Positions 50,096 through 60,387 of a stretch of DNA of 64,000 bases are shown piece by piece. Origin of the DNA: Pseudomonadota bacterium (lineage in GTDB: Bacteria > Bdellovibrionota_F > JAHFAK01 > JBDREC01); the NCBI GenBank assembly GCA_043820105.1, contig JBDREC010000010.1, positions 1-64,000 on the forward strand, in the 5' to 3' direction. The notes beneath the pieces were generated by a model. It was not told where the DNA came from. It saw only the letters and a list, made by a program, of their open reading frames with translations, and ran no database searches. A program made the position numbers and the translations under genes. Within the stretch, counting starts at the first letter, position 1, and every line of letters begins with the position of its first letter.

Positions 50096-50614
50096 ATGAA
50101 TCTCTTGGGATTAAAAAAGAAGCTATTTAAAACAATTTTGATAATTATTATTTTTCTTTTTAATTTTCATTCAATTTTCAGCTTATCTCAAAAAGATAGC
50201 AAAAGGGCTAGTTTTCTTCAAATAGTTCTTGAAACTGAAGATTTTTCAAAGCTAAATAAAATGACTGCTAACAATGCAATTCATGCATTTGTTGGTAGAA
50301 TAAATCTTGAGAATGAAAGTTTTTTAGATTCAATAATTCAATCAGGAGCTCTTTCTTTTATACCTCTTTCTTTTTTTCAGCATATTAATTTAACAAAAAG
50401 ATATTATAAAAACCCATCCCAAGAAGAAATTAACACTCTAATACAGGTTCTGTTTGCTCTTTCTGATTCTTTGCTTCCAGATCCTACTAAATATCAGATT
50501 CAAAAATTAACAAATTCACAAAAGAAAATTCAGATTGAATCATGTATCATAAATTCAAAAATTGTAAGAGATGCTAATATGCATAAATTCTTTGGAAAAC
50601 TTGAGACTATCTAA
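50096..50614 (+). CDS. Hypothetical secreted protein, possibly truncated
   Basis: GGAAGG RBS, signal-peptide-like N-terminus; stops about 15 nt before the element end. Confidence 0.55.
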   Translation: MNLLGLKKKLFKTILIIIIFLFNFHSIFSLSQKDSKRASFLQIVLETEDFSKLNKMTANNAIHAFVGRINLENESFLDSIIQSGALSFIPLSFFQHINLTKRYYKNPSQEEINTLIQVLFALSDSLLPDPTKYQIQKLTNSQKKIQIESCIINSKIVRDANMHKFFGKLETI

Positions 50615-50748
50615 TCATTGGGTCTACCTAACCTGGCATAGCCAGAACCAAAAAGGAATCAAAGCATCATTTTAGCTCATAATTTTTTGATAGTATCAAG
50701 TGGCTTCAGCTATCAGGCTTCTGACTACAAGGCTGTTAGTAGATAGTT

Positions 50749-50910
50749 TCAGAGATCCTTGGATAAAACAGAAATTAATTTCTGTAATGCTCTAATCAAT
50801 TCATCATATTGAGATTTTAAATAATTATTGGTTGTTTTTGTTAAATATCCAAGTCGAAAGGATAAGCTTAGAAGATAGCGTACTTCAGAAGCAGAGGATA
50901 TAGCAACCTT
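50749..50910 (-). pseudogene. C-terminal half of a four-helix-bundle (23S rRNA IVP-like) protein
   Basis: VAISSASEVRYLLSLSFRLGYL...YDELIRALQKLISVL*. Confidence 0.7.
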
Positions 50911-51303
50911 TCTAGGGAAAAAACTTCATTCAAATTATCAAGGTGAAATGGGCAATTCTTTTAGTACAAGAATCGAAGGCACAAAAATCAAGCATTGCAT
51001 GGGCTCTTCATCAATCAAGATGTATGATAAATTGGGATTTATTTTAAGAATCGAAACAACTGCAAATGACATTACATTTTTTAAACACTATCGAACGATA
51101 GAACACAAGGACGGTACAAGTAGCAAAAAAATAGCCAAAAAGTATCAAGAATCCTTAAAAGACTTCATGTTCACGGATTAATTAAAAAAGTTCGTAATAG
51201 CTATAAATATTATCTGACAAAATTGGGAAAGAATGTAATAATCGCTGGATTTTCACTTGTTGAATTTCTTGTTAAACCGGAGTTGTCTCGTAATCTTTCC
51301 TGA
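50897..51303 (+). pseudogene. Deleted/frameshifted remnant of a mobile-element protein with C-terminal wHTH
   Basis: IATFLGKKL...SIKMYDKLGFILRIETTANDITFFKHYR, then in another frame RILKRLHVHGLIKKVRNSYKYYLTKLG. Confidence 0.65.
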
Positions 51304-51396
51304 AGCCGGAAGCCTGGAGCCTGTAGCCACTTTCAATGGTTCCAGAAACTCCTCACAACTTTTTCTCTCACTTTTGTGCAGAAAATTATGGATTAG

Positions 51397-51630
51397 TTCC
51401 TAATAAATAGATACGCAGCAGAAGATTTTTGGGTAAAATGGAATGAATATTTCAAAAGTGTTGTTTTAGAAGTCTTTTTTTCTAATCCAGAAGAAGCATA
51501 CAACAACCTGGGACTGACAGATAAAGAAAAAGACAGAATCATTTATCTAAAAGAAGTAGAGAATGATAAAATTAATAATAACGATTTATTTTTCCTAATT
51601 AGTATATTAAAAATATATTATTCTATCTAA
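51397..51630 (+). pseudogene. Start-less 3' gene fragment beginning at the element's right end
   Basis: Open frame NRYAAEDFWVKWNEYF...KIYYSI* with no start codon. Confidence 0.4.
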
Positions 51631-52168
51631 TATTAACTTCATTATCAAAATTTTCCCGATAAATTACTTCATCATTTCCTTTTGCATGTAGGAACTTTCT
51701 GGGATAGTATTCAAGTATAAAGGTTCAATTGGTGCAAAAGATATAAAAAATAAAACATAAACCACACTAGATCATTCTATTTTCCAGATACTGGAATATG
51801 CATATAAGAATTTTTACAACAAGAGAAAAGCATTGACGATGTTGGCGAAAAGTCAGATGATAGTTTTCTCGATGAAGTAATTAAGTATTTCTTTGGTGAA
51901 TCAGAAACTGAAAATTAGAATAAAGTGGATATGGAGTTTTTTAATGCTTTTTTTTGGTTTAGAAAAATAAATAGTGCGGAGGTGGTAGGCAGACCTTTCC
52001 CCCTACACAAAAGAAGTAAATTCCTCATAAGATTTGAAAAAACTAAATTTCTATGAAAGTAATTTCAAAGAATATTAATAATAGTTTTAGATTCTATTTT
52101 AATAATCAATATCCATCTATTAGCAGTCTCTCCTACAAAATCACAATGATCGATTGATCCAATGAATT

Positions 52169-53653
52169 TTATCTTATAAATGGTTTTTTCATCTTTTTAA
52201 AGATTTCTGAAGTATCATCTTTTGAACATTCAGTATCACTATATTGAATATCAGGATCTAATAAATACTGTTCATACATTTCATTAACACAAGTGCTTGA
52301 CCCAAGTGCAACATGCTGTTCTCCATTAAATGTTAGTAGAAATGATCCATCAATTTCACCTGTTAGTGTTTGAGCCCACTCATAAGGAGTTGCTGGATCT
52401 CCTGTTGTTCCAACAATCATAATCTGTGGGGCTTTCTGAACATCAATTATTTTTGGCTCCATGCTTGGTTCAACAGGCCAATATGTGCAAAAAAGCATTC
52501 CATAAATCATTAGTGGACCGAAAAAAGGATATAGCTCAGCTGACTTCTCAGCTTCTAATCTAACTTCGTCAGCACTTAAAGAAGAACTATCAAGACAGTT
52601 AATTGCATTGAAAACATCCATAAAATTACCATATGTTCCATCTTCTTGTCGTTCAAAGTAATAATCAGTCCATTCAAGTAGCAATGATCCATCACCTAGT
52701 AATGCTTGATCTAAAGCTTCTTCCAGATATGGCCAATATGCTTCTGAATAAAGAGTCATTAATATTGCAATTTCAGCATCAGACCTACTTAAGGTTCTAT
52801 CTTGGTCTGTTGGCAATGGGTTCAATTCAATATCATCAAGAAGATTATTTAATGCAGGTTGAGGATCCCCTTCATTAAAAACATTAGTTGCTGTTTCTGC
52901 ATATGAAGTTAGAAATTCTTGCAAAGATTTTTCAAAGCTTTTTGCCTGGCCTAATGAAATTTCAAGAGGTGTAAGAGATGGTGATAAAGCACCATCAAGA
53001 ACCATAGCTCTTATATTTTCAGGATATGTTTCAGCATATAATGCACCTATTTTTGTGCCATAGGATAGTCCTATATAATTTAATTTTCCTTCACCAAGCT
53101 CTTCTCTAAGCGTTTCTAAGTCACGCACAACCTCAACCGTGCCTACATGTTCAAGCAAATTACCATTTTCTTCTTCGCATTTGGAAGTATATTCTTGAAT
53201 CAATTCAGTTACTTCATTAAATTCAGAATCGTTTTCTGGAATTGGCCATGCAAAATATGGAACCGGATCATCAACACAAGTAATATTTACAGATTGACCA
53301 ACACCCCTTGGATCAAAGCCTATAAGATCGAAATGCTCTCTTAAGATAATTCCAAAGTCAGTAAATGCAAAAAATTCAACATACTCAGTTGCAGATCCTC
53401 CAGGTCCTCCTGGATTCATAAAAATACTTCCTTGTTTTTCTCCAGTTGCAGAAAATCGTATTAAAGCAAGTTCAATCTCTGTTCCATCATTATTTTCATA
53501 ATCAAGTGGCACCATAAATTTGGCACATTCTCCACCATCTTCACCACATGAGCTCCATTCAAATGATGTTGTAGCAAGCTCAGATTCTAAACAGCCAATG
53601 CATAATAAACAAACCCCTAATATAAATAATGTGAAAATTGTTTTTTTATCCAT
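52169..53653 (-). CDS. Alpha/beta hydrolase lipoprotein (TAP/peptidase S33-like)
   Basis: NPGGPGGS, GFDPRGVG, GLSYGT nucleophile, GDPATP, GEQH. Confidence 0.9.
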   Translation of the reverse strand: MDKKTIFTLFILGVCLLCIGCLESELATTSFEWSSCGEDGGECAKFMVPLDYENNDGTEIELALIRFSATGEKQGSIFMNPGGPGGSATEYVEFFAFTDFGIILREHFDLIGFDPRGVGQSVNITCVDDPVPYFAWPIPENDSEFNEVTELIQEYTSKCEEENGNLLEHVGTVEVVRDLETLREELGEGKLNYIGLSYGTKIGALYAETYPENIRAMVLDGALSPSLTPLEISLGQAKSFEKSLQEFLTSYAETATNVFNEGDPQPALNNLLDDIELNPLPTDQDRTLSRSDAEIAILMTLYSEAYWPYLEEALDQALLGDGSLLLEWTDYYFERQEDGTYGNFMDVFNAINCLDSSSLSADEVRLEAEKSAELYPFFGPLMIYGMLFCTYWPVEPSMEPKIIDVQKAPQIMIVGTTGDPATPYEWAQTLTGEIDGSFLLTFNGEQHVALGSSTCVNEMYEQYLLDPDIQYSDTECSKDDTSEIFKKMKKPFIR

Positions 53654-53758
53654 TTAAAAGTATCCTTCATTTTTTTGGGAGTCAAAAGTTGCAAGGCAAG
53701 AACAGATTTATTTTTGTACACCTCATTTTTTATTTTTCAATTCTTATATTATAGAATC

Positions 53759-54448
53759 TTATATATATTTATTCAATATATTTATTTCTTTAAGATAACG
53801 ATCTGAATATGACAAATAAAAAGTTAAGGGTTTCTCAAAATGTTTTCCAACAAGACCACCTAATATCATTTCAGTAATAATTCTTTTTTCTTTTAAGACC
53901 TGTTGTGATTTTAAGAAAAAAGTTTTTTCATCTTTAGACATTGTTAGAAATCTTCTTATCAATTCTGTTTTAGATCTTGCTTGATACATCCAAAAAACCA
54001 TCAAATCTAAAGAATTAATAATCATATAATTTAATAGCTTTTTTTTATTTTCTTTAAGCTTGGTAATAAACTCATCAAAGTCTTTAAATAATGCTAATAC
54101 GTCTTGTTCGGGATACTCTGTTGCAAGCTTACCATAAACATCATAAACTTGAGCAAGTTTTTCTTCATAATCTATCGACCTATGAGCTAGATTATGATGT
54201 CGATCAAAATAACCTTCAATTATAGCACCAACAAGGTCCGATGCAAATTTAGAGATAATTGCTGCCCAAAGCTGCATGCCTGCCAAAGCGATTTCGCTTG
54301 AAACTCCGGAGGCTATAACGATCTTTATAATTAGAAAGTTGAATGCAACAGCAACTGGAATAGATAAAATAGTTCTAAAAAAATTGCCTATAATAGCCCC
54401 AAAAGGTAAACCTCTAAAAGTATTATGACTTGAAATATATATTCCTGT
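53759..54448 (-). pseudogene. 3' fragment of a larger membrane-associated hypothetical gene
   Basis: Frame is open upstream of 54286 (GIYISSHNTFRGLPFGAIIGNFFRTILSIP) to a TGA at 54449-54451, with no good start or RBS. Confidence 0.6.
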
Positions 54449-54658
54449 TCAGACGGTGGCAATACAAATTAATTTTTGATCTTTTCTATTTTTCAACACA
54501 CCCATATTTCATAATTATTATCATGACCTTTTCTGGCCTCTGTTATTAGCTTGCTTATAAAGAAAATACGTTCTATAAGATGTTTTCACGCAAAGGAACA
54601 GCAATAACAAAATGCGAATCCCCACCTTAAAAAATGCCATAACAAAAAAGGTTGAAAA

Positions 54659-56068
54659 ATGGAAATAAAATTAACTTTTCTAGGAGCTGCTCAAAATGTA
54701 ACAGGTTCTTGTTACTTACTTGAAGCAGATGATTATAAAATATTAATAGACTGTGGTCTTTATCAGGAAAGAGAATTTAAGGATAGAAACTTTGAACCAT
54801 TTTTTATTCTGCCAAAAGAAATTGATGCAATTATCTTAACACATGCTCATTTAGATCACTGCGGAAGAATTCCTTTGCTTGTTCAAAAAGGATTTAAAGG
54901 TAAAATTTATTCAACTTCAGCAACTTTAGATATTGCAAAAATAGTCCTAGTTGATTCTGCTAAAATTCAAAAAGAAGATGCTAGATATAAAAGAAAAAGG
55001 CATGAAAAAGAAGGCAGGAAGTCTCCCTTTCCAATAGTACCATTATATACAAAAGAAGATGTAGAAAAGACTTTGCCACTATTTAATTCAGTAAAATATG
55101 GGCTTGATAATAAAATATCAGAGAACCTTACAATTAAATATCATGAGGCAGGTCATATCCTTGGATCTGCTTCTGTTGAAATTGCTATTAATCAAAATGG
55201 GGATATTAAAAAAATATTATTCTCAGGAGATATGGGAAGATGGGATAAACCAATTTTAGAAGACCCAGAATTTGCCTGCAATGCAGATTATATTGTATGT
55301 GAGTCAACTTATGGCAACAGAATTCACGACAAGGTTGATGATATAAAAGAAAAACTTCTAGAAGTAATTACAAAAACATATGAAAAAAACGGCAATATCA
55401 TCATACCAAGTTTTGCCATAGAAAGATCTCAAGAACTTTTATATTTTTTAGGTGAACTAAAAAACGAGAAAAAAATCCCCAATTTAAGTATTTTCTTAGA
55501 TAGTCCAATGGCTGTTTCTGTTACAGAAGTTTTCAAGAAACATCCTGAAATGTTTGATGAGCAAATGCTTGAAAAAATTAAACAAGGCAAATCACCCTTG
55601 GATGCTCATGGTCTTTTTATGGCAAAAACTACCAAACAATCAAAAGCATTAAACACATTAAAAGGAACTTCAATAATAATAGCTGGTTCTGGCATGTGCA
55701 CAGGTGGTAGAATAAAGCATCATTTGCTAAATAATATTAGCAATCCAAATAATTCTATTCTTTTTGTAGGATATCAAGCATCAGGTACTCTTGGAAGAAT
55801 AATTTTAGATAAACCTGACGAAGTAAGAATATTGGGACAAATAAAAAAGATAAGATCAAGTATTTATAAAATAAGTGGATTTTCAGCTCATGCTGATCAA
55901 AATGAATTGCTAAAATGGTTATCTAATATTAGTGAAAAACCAAAAAAACTGTTCATTACTCACGGCGAACCAGAATCATCAAAAGCCTTTGAAAAAGCAG
56001 TTCGCAAAAACCTTTCGTGGGATACTTATATTCCGAATTATAAAGACACTTTTGATCTTACATATTAA
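54659..56068 (+). CDS. MBL-fold beta-CASP ribonuclease
   Basis: THAHLDHCG, AGHILGS, SGDMG, ESTYG, FAIERSQE, FSAHAD, HGE. Confidence 0.93.
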   Translation: MEIKLTFLGAAQNVTGSCYLLEADDYKILIDCGLYQEREFKDRNFEPFFILPKEIDAIILTHAHLDHCGRIPLLVQKGFKGKIYSTSATLDIAKIVLVDSAKIQKEDARYKRKRHEKEGRKSPFPIVPLYTKEDVEKTLPLFNSVKYGLDNKISENLTIKYHEAGHILGSASVEIAINQNGDIKKILFSGDMGRWDKPILEDPEFACNADYIVCESTYGNRIHDKVDDIKEKLLEVITKTYEKNGNIIIPSFAIERSQELLYFLGELKNEKKIPNLSIFLDSPMAVSVTEVFKKHPEMFDEQMLEKIKQGKSPLDAHGLFMAKTTKQSKALNTLKGTSIIIAGSGMCTGGRIKHHLLNNISNPNNSILFVGYQASGTLGRIILDKPDEVRILGQIKKIRSSIYKISGFSAHADQNELLKWLSNISEKPKKLFITHGEPESSKAFEKAVRKNLSWDTYIPNYKDTFDLTY

Positions 56069-56100
56069 AAAATTATTGGGACTAAAATGAGAAAAATAAA

Positions 56101-57126
56101 TTGAAAATTGCAATGCTATCGCCGATAGCCTGGAGAACGCCACCTGTGCATTATGGTCCCTGGGAAAGATATGTTTCCTTACTTACAAATGCTCTATTAA
56201 AAAATAATATAGATGTTACATTGTTTGCTACAAAAGAATCTCAAACTGCAGGGAAACTGCATGCTATAGCCCAAAAAGGCTATGAAGAAGATTCCACAAT
56301 CGATCCAAAAGTGTGGGAATGTTTGCATATTTCTGAAGTTTTTGAAAAGGCAAAGGAATTTGACCTTATACATAATAGTTTTGATTTTCTGCCTCTTAGC
56401 TACAGTAGCTTGGTTGCAACCCCTGTTGTTACAACAATTCACGGTTTTTCTTCAGAAAAGATTTTGCCTGTTTATAAAAAATATAATAAAAACACTTATT
56501 ACATCGCAATCAGCAATTCAGATCGCAGTCCTCAATTAGATTATATTGATACTATTTATCATGGAATTGATATTGAGAATTTTACCTTTAATGAAAATCA
56601 TCAAAAAGATTATTTGTTATTTTTTGGCAGAATTCATCCAGATAAAGGCACAAAAGAAGCTATCGAAATTGCAAATAAAGTGAATATGAAACTAATAATT
56701 GCAGGAATAATTCAAGATGAAAATTATTTTAAAAATTATATAAAACCACATTTTACTAATTCTAGTGTTGAATATATTGGAAGCGTTGGAAATGAAAAAC
56801 GAAATGCAATTTTAAAAAATGCTTATGCCCTTTTACATCCTATAAATTTCAATGAACCCTTTGGCTTTTCAATTGTTGAAGCAATGGCATGTGGAACTCC
56901 AACAATAGCATTTAACAAAGGATCTATGCCAGAACTAATTACAGATGGCCATGATGGCTTTTTAGTAAACACTGTTTCAGAGGCTTGTGAAGCTGTAAAT
57001 AAAATTGAAACTATAGACCGAATAAATTGCAGAAAAACTGTAGAGAATAGATTCACTACAGATATTATGGTAAATAAATATATAAATGTTTATGAAAAAA
57101 TTATTAAAAATCACAAAAAACAATGA
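56101..57126 (+). CDS. Glycosyltransferase family 4
   Basis: PPVHYGPWE, GRIHPDKG, EPFGFSIVEAMACGTP. Confidence 0.92.
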   Translation: MKIAMLSPIAWRTPPVHYGPWERYVSLLTNALLKNNIDVTLFATKESQTAGKLHAIAQKGYEEDSTIDPKVWECLHISEVFEKAKEFDLIHNSFDFLPLSYSSLVATPVVTTIHGFSSEKILPVYKKYNKNTYYIAISNSDRSPQLDYIDTIYHGIDIENFTFNENHQKDYLLFFGRIHPDKGTKEAIEIANKVNMKLIIAGIIQDENYFKNYIKPHFTNSSVEYIGSVGNEKRNAILKNAYALLHPINFNEPFGFSIVEAMACGTPTIAFNKGSMPELITDGHDGFLVNTVSEACEAVNKIETIDRINCRKTVENRFTTDIMVNKYINVYEKIIKNHKKQ

Positions 57127-57138
57127 GAGAGGATTTTT

Positions 57139-58071
57139 ATGTCTATAGTTAAAAGATACTCAAAAAATCCAATATTAACTAAAAATGATATCCCTTATGA
57201 AGTAGCAACTGTTCACAATGCTGGAGTTACAAAATATAGGGATAAATATATAATGTTATTTAGATCCCATAAACTAAATGGCAGATCTATTATTGGAATT
57301 GCAAAAAGTGATAATGGTTTTGATTTTAAGGCTGAAAAAGAACCCTTCTTGATACCGGCTACGGACGGAATTTTTGCTGAATATGAAGAATATGGTGTTG
57401 AAGATCTTCGAATTTGCGATATGAAAGAAGAGGGATTTTTATTAACCTACAGCGCTTATTCCAAACATGGGGTCAGAATAATGCTTGCTAAAACCTATGA
57501 TTTTGAGACAGTTGATAAAATAGCTCCAATAAGCCAGGCTGATATGCGAAATACTGTTATATTTCCTGAAAAATTTAATGGCTTGTATGCAAGACTCGAC
57601 AGGCCACACTCTGAAATTTCCCCCTGGTCTATTTGGATTTCCTATTCAAAAGATTTAATATACTGGGGAAACTCAAAAGTTATTATGAAACCCGTCAAGT
57701 ACCACTGGGATGAAATGAAAATTGGCCCAGGTGCTACTCCTATAAAAACTGATAAAGGATGGTTGCATATTTATCATGGTGTTTTTAATACAATGGATGG
57801 AGCGGTATACAGGTTAGGAGTAGCTCTGCATGATATAAAAGATCCTTCAAAGATCATAGGAGTATCAGACAAATGGATTCTTTCACCAGAAGATCCCTGG
57901 GAATTAACAGGCTATGTGCACAATGTTGTTTTCACTTGCGGGGCAGTTTGTGAAGACGATGGTACAGTTAAGATTTATTGGGGAGCTGCTGATTCTGTAA
58001 TGTGTGTAGGAGTTGTAAAATTGGATGATTTAATAAAACTTTGTTTGAATGCACCCAGAAACCCAGTTTAA
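57139..58071 (+). CDS. GH130-family glycoside hydrolase/phosphorylase
   Basis: YSKNPIL, HNAGV, YGVEDLR, KIGPGATP, GYVHNVVFTCG, YWGAAD. Confidence 0.9.
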   Translation: MSIVKRYSKNPILTKNDIPYEVATVHNAGVTKYRDKYIMLFRSHKLNGRSIIGIAKSDNGFDFKAEKEPFLIPATDGIFAEYEEYGVEDLRICDMKEEGFLLTYSAYSKHGVRIMLAKTYDFETVDKIAPISQADMRNTVIFPEKFNGLYARLDRPHSEISPWSIWISYSKDLIYWGNSKVIMKPVKYHWDEMKIGPGATPIKTDKGWLHIYHGVFNTMDGAVYRLGVALHDIKDPSKIIGVSDKWILSPEDPWELTGYVHNVVFTCGAVCEDDGTVKIYWGAADSVMCVGVVKLDDLIKLCLNAPRNPV

Positions 58072-58092
58072 CATTAAAAAAAGGAGCCCAAT

Positions 58093-60369
58093 ATGGATTC
58101 TACATTGAATTTAAATTATCCACAAAACATTGCTATGATTGGCAACTATCTTCCCAGAAGATGTGGTATTGCAACTTTTACAACTGACTTAACTAATGCC
58201 ATAGCAAAGGAAATTGAAAATGAAGATAGCCTTATGGTAATTGCTATGAATGATAATAATGAAGGATACAATTATCCTGAGAAAGTAAAATTTGAATTAA
58301 GGCAAAATAATCCTTCTGATTATCTAAGAGCTGCTGAATTTCTTAATGTTAAGAATATTGATGTTACAATTTTACAACACGAATATGGAATCTTTGGGGG
58401 ACAAAGTGGAGCAACCTTATTTCGACTTTTAGAAAATTTAAAAACTCCTATCATTACAAATTTGCACACAGTTCTTTTTAAACCAACTGCTGAACAAAAA
58501 ACTATTATAATGAGATTGTCTGAAATATCAGACCGTTTACTGGTTATGTGCCATAAAGCTGAAGAAATTTTGCATGATGTTTATAAAATACCAAAAGAGA
58601 AAATTACATACATACCTCATGGAATACACGATGTGCCTTTTGTTGATTCCTGTTTTTACAAAGATAAATTTGGACTTGAAGATAAAAAAGTTATTTTAAC
58701 CTTTGGATTACTAGGTCCAAGTAAAGGTCTTGAATCGATGATTGATGCAATGCCATTAATTGTTAAAAATCATCCTGATGCTGCATATGTTATACTTGGT
58801 GAAACCCATCCGCACGTTATTAAACACAGCGGAGAACAGTACAGGCATAGCTTGCAGCAAAAAATACATAGATTAGGAATGAATCATCATGTGTTATTTT
58901 TCAATCAATTTGTAGATATAAAATCGTTAACTCAATTTTTATCAGTAGCAGATGTTTTTGTAACTCCATACCCAGAAAAAGATCAAATTACTTCAGGTAC
59001 TCTAAGTTACGCTTTTGGTGCAGGAAAGGCTATCGTTTCAACGCCATATATTTTTGCAGAAGAACTTTTAGCTGATGAAAGAGGGGTTTTAGTGCCTTTT
59101 AATGATTCAAAAGTAATGGGAGAAGCTATTTCCGACTTGCTGTCTAATGAATCAAAAAGAAATCAATTGAGGATAATGGCATATCAAAGTGGTCGCTCAA
59201 TGGTTTGGAAAGAAGTTGCCCGTAACTACCTGAAAGTGGCACAAGAGGTCTTGAATAAAAATATCGCCAGTCCAAAAACATTTTTTCAGGATATAAAATT
59301 AAGAAAACTAGATAGCCTTCCACAAATTAGTCTCGACCATTTAAAAATTATGACAGATGACACAGGAATAATCCAACATGCCTATTTTTCAATTCCAAAA
59401 AGAGCATTCGGTTATTGCACTGACGATAATGCAAGAGCATTGGTTGCAACATGCATGTATTACTCATTAACAAAGGACGAACAAATTATTCCTTTAATAA
59501 AAACTTATATCTCCTTTGTTTTAGATGCATACAATAATGATAAAAAACGGTTCCGAAATTTCATGTCATATAATAGAAGTTGGGTAGAAAAAGAGGATGA
59601 TGATGCACATGGCAGAGCCCTATGGGGTTTGGGAACTGCGATCGCTACTTTGAATGATCAAGTAATAATTAACGGGATTAGTAAAATTTTCATGCAAAGC
59701 GCAGAAAAAATAGAAGAATTTGAATCTCCACGAGCCTGGGCTTTTGCTTTAGTTGGCATAAATAACTATCTTAAAATATTTGAAGGAGATTCAACAGTAA
59801 GGAAAATAAGAACAAATTTAGCCAGCAAATTGTTCGAAAAATTCAAAAATAATATATCTAAGGACTGGATATGGTATGATGATATTGTGACATATGCAAA
59901 TGCAAAATTACCTCAGGCATTACTTTTATCCGGAAATGCCACAGGGGACAAGGAAATGGTGGAACTATCCTTAGAAATTCTTCAATGGTTATTAAAAATT
60001 CAGACTAGTGATAGTGGACATTTATCAATAATTGGAAATGATGGATGGTATAAAAAGGGAAGTTTCCCTTCTCATTTTGATCAACAGCCTGTTGATGTGA
60101 GTGCTCTTGTTGAGGCCTGTGTTGATGCTTACAGAATTACACATGATAAATTCTGGCAATCAGAATCTCAAAAATGCTTTGACTGGTTTTTAGGCAGAAA
60201 TGACATAAACACACCTGTTTGTGATTTTAAATCAGGCGGCTGTTATGATGGCCTCCAGGTTAATGGTTTAAATCAGAACATGGGGGCTGAATCCACTCTT
60301 GCCTGGCTCATATCACTTCTGACTATGCACAGCATATTCAGTCAAGAAGTTCTTCCAGTAAAAGATTAA
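58093..60369 (+). CDS. GT4 glycosyltransferase fused to an (alpha/alpha)6-like domain
   Basis: PRRCGIATF, QHEYGIFGG, QITSGTL; then GYCTDDNARAL, FDQQP, GGCYDGL, NMGAESTL. Confidence 0.88.
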   Translation: MDSTLNLNYPQNIAMIGNYLPRRCGIATFTTDLTNAIAKEIENEDSLMVIAMNDNNEGYNYPEKVKFELRQNNPSDYLRAAEFLNVKNIDVTILQHEYGIFGGQSGATLFRLLENLKTPIITNLHTVLFKPTAEQKTIIMRLSEISDRLLVMCHKAEEILHDVYKIPKEKITYIPHGIHDVPFVDSCFYKDKFGLEDKKVILTFGLLGPSKGLESMIDAMPLIVKNHPDAAYVILGETHPHVIKHSGEQYRHSLQQKIHRLGMNHHVLFFNQFVDIKSLTQFLSVADVFVTPYPEKDQITSGTLSYAFGAGKAIVSTPYIFAEELLADERGVLVPFNDSKVMGEAISDLLSNESKRNQLRIMAYQSGRSMVWKEVARNYLKVAQEVLNKNIASPKTFFQDIKLRKLDSLPQISLDHLKIMTDDTGIIQHAYFSIPKRAFGYCTDDNARALVATCMYYSLTKDEQIIPLIKTYISFVLDAYNNDKKRFRNFMSYNRSWVEKEDDDAHGRALWGLGTAIATLNDQVIINGISKIFMQSAEKIEEFESPRAWAFALVGINNYLKIFEGDSTVRKIRTNLASKLFEKFKNNISKDWIWYDDIVTYANAKLPQALLLSGNATGDKEMVELSLEILQWLLKIQTSDSGHLSIIGNDGWYKKGSFPSHFDQQPVDVSALVEACVDAYRITHDKFWQSESQKCFDWFLGRNDINTPVCDFKSGGCYDGLQVNGLNQNMGAESTLAWLISLLTMHSIFSQEVLPVKD

Positions 60370-60387
60370 AAAAAGGAGTAAATTTAT

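Larger units (their letters stand above)
50629..51390. mobile_element. Degenerate cargo-bearing element with the same ends as 48771-48872
   Basis: Left AACCTGGCATAGCCAGAACC...AGTATCAAGTGGCTTCAGCT (50629-50711); right CTTTTGTGCAGAAAATTATG (51371-51390). Confidence 0.7.
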
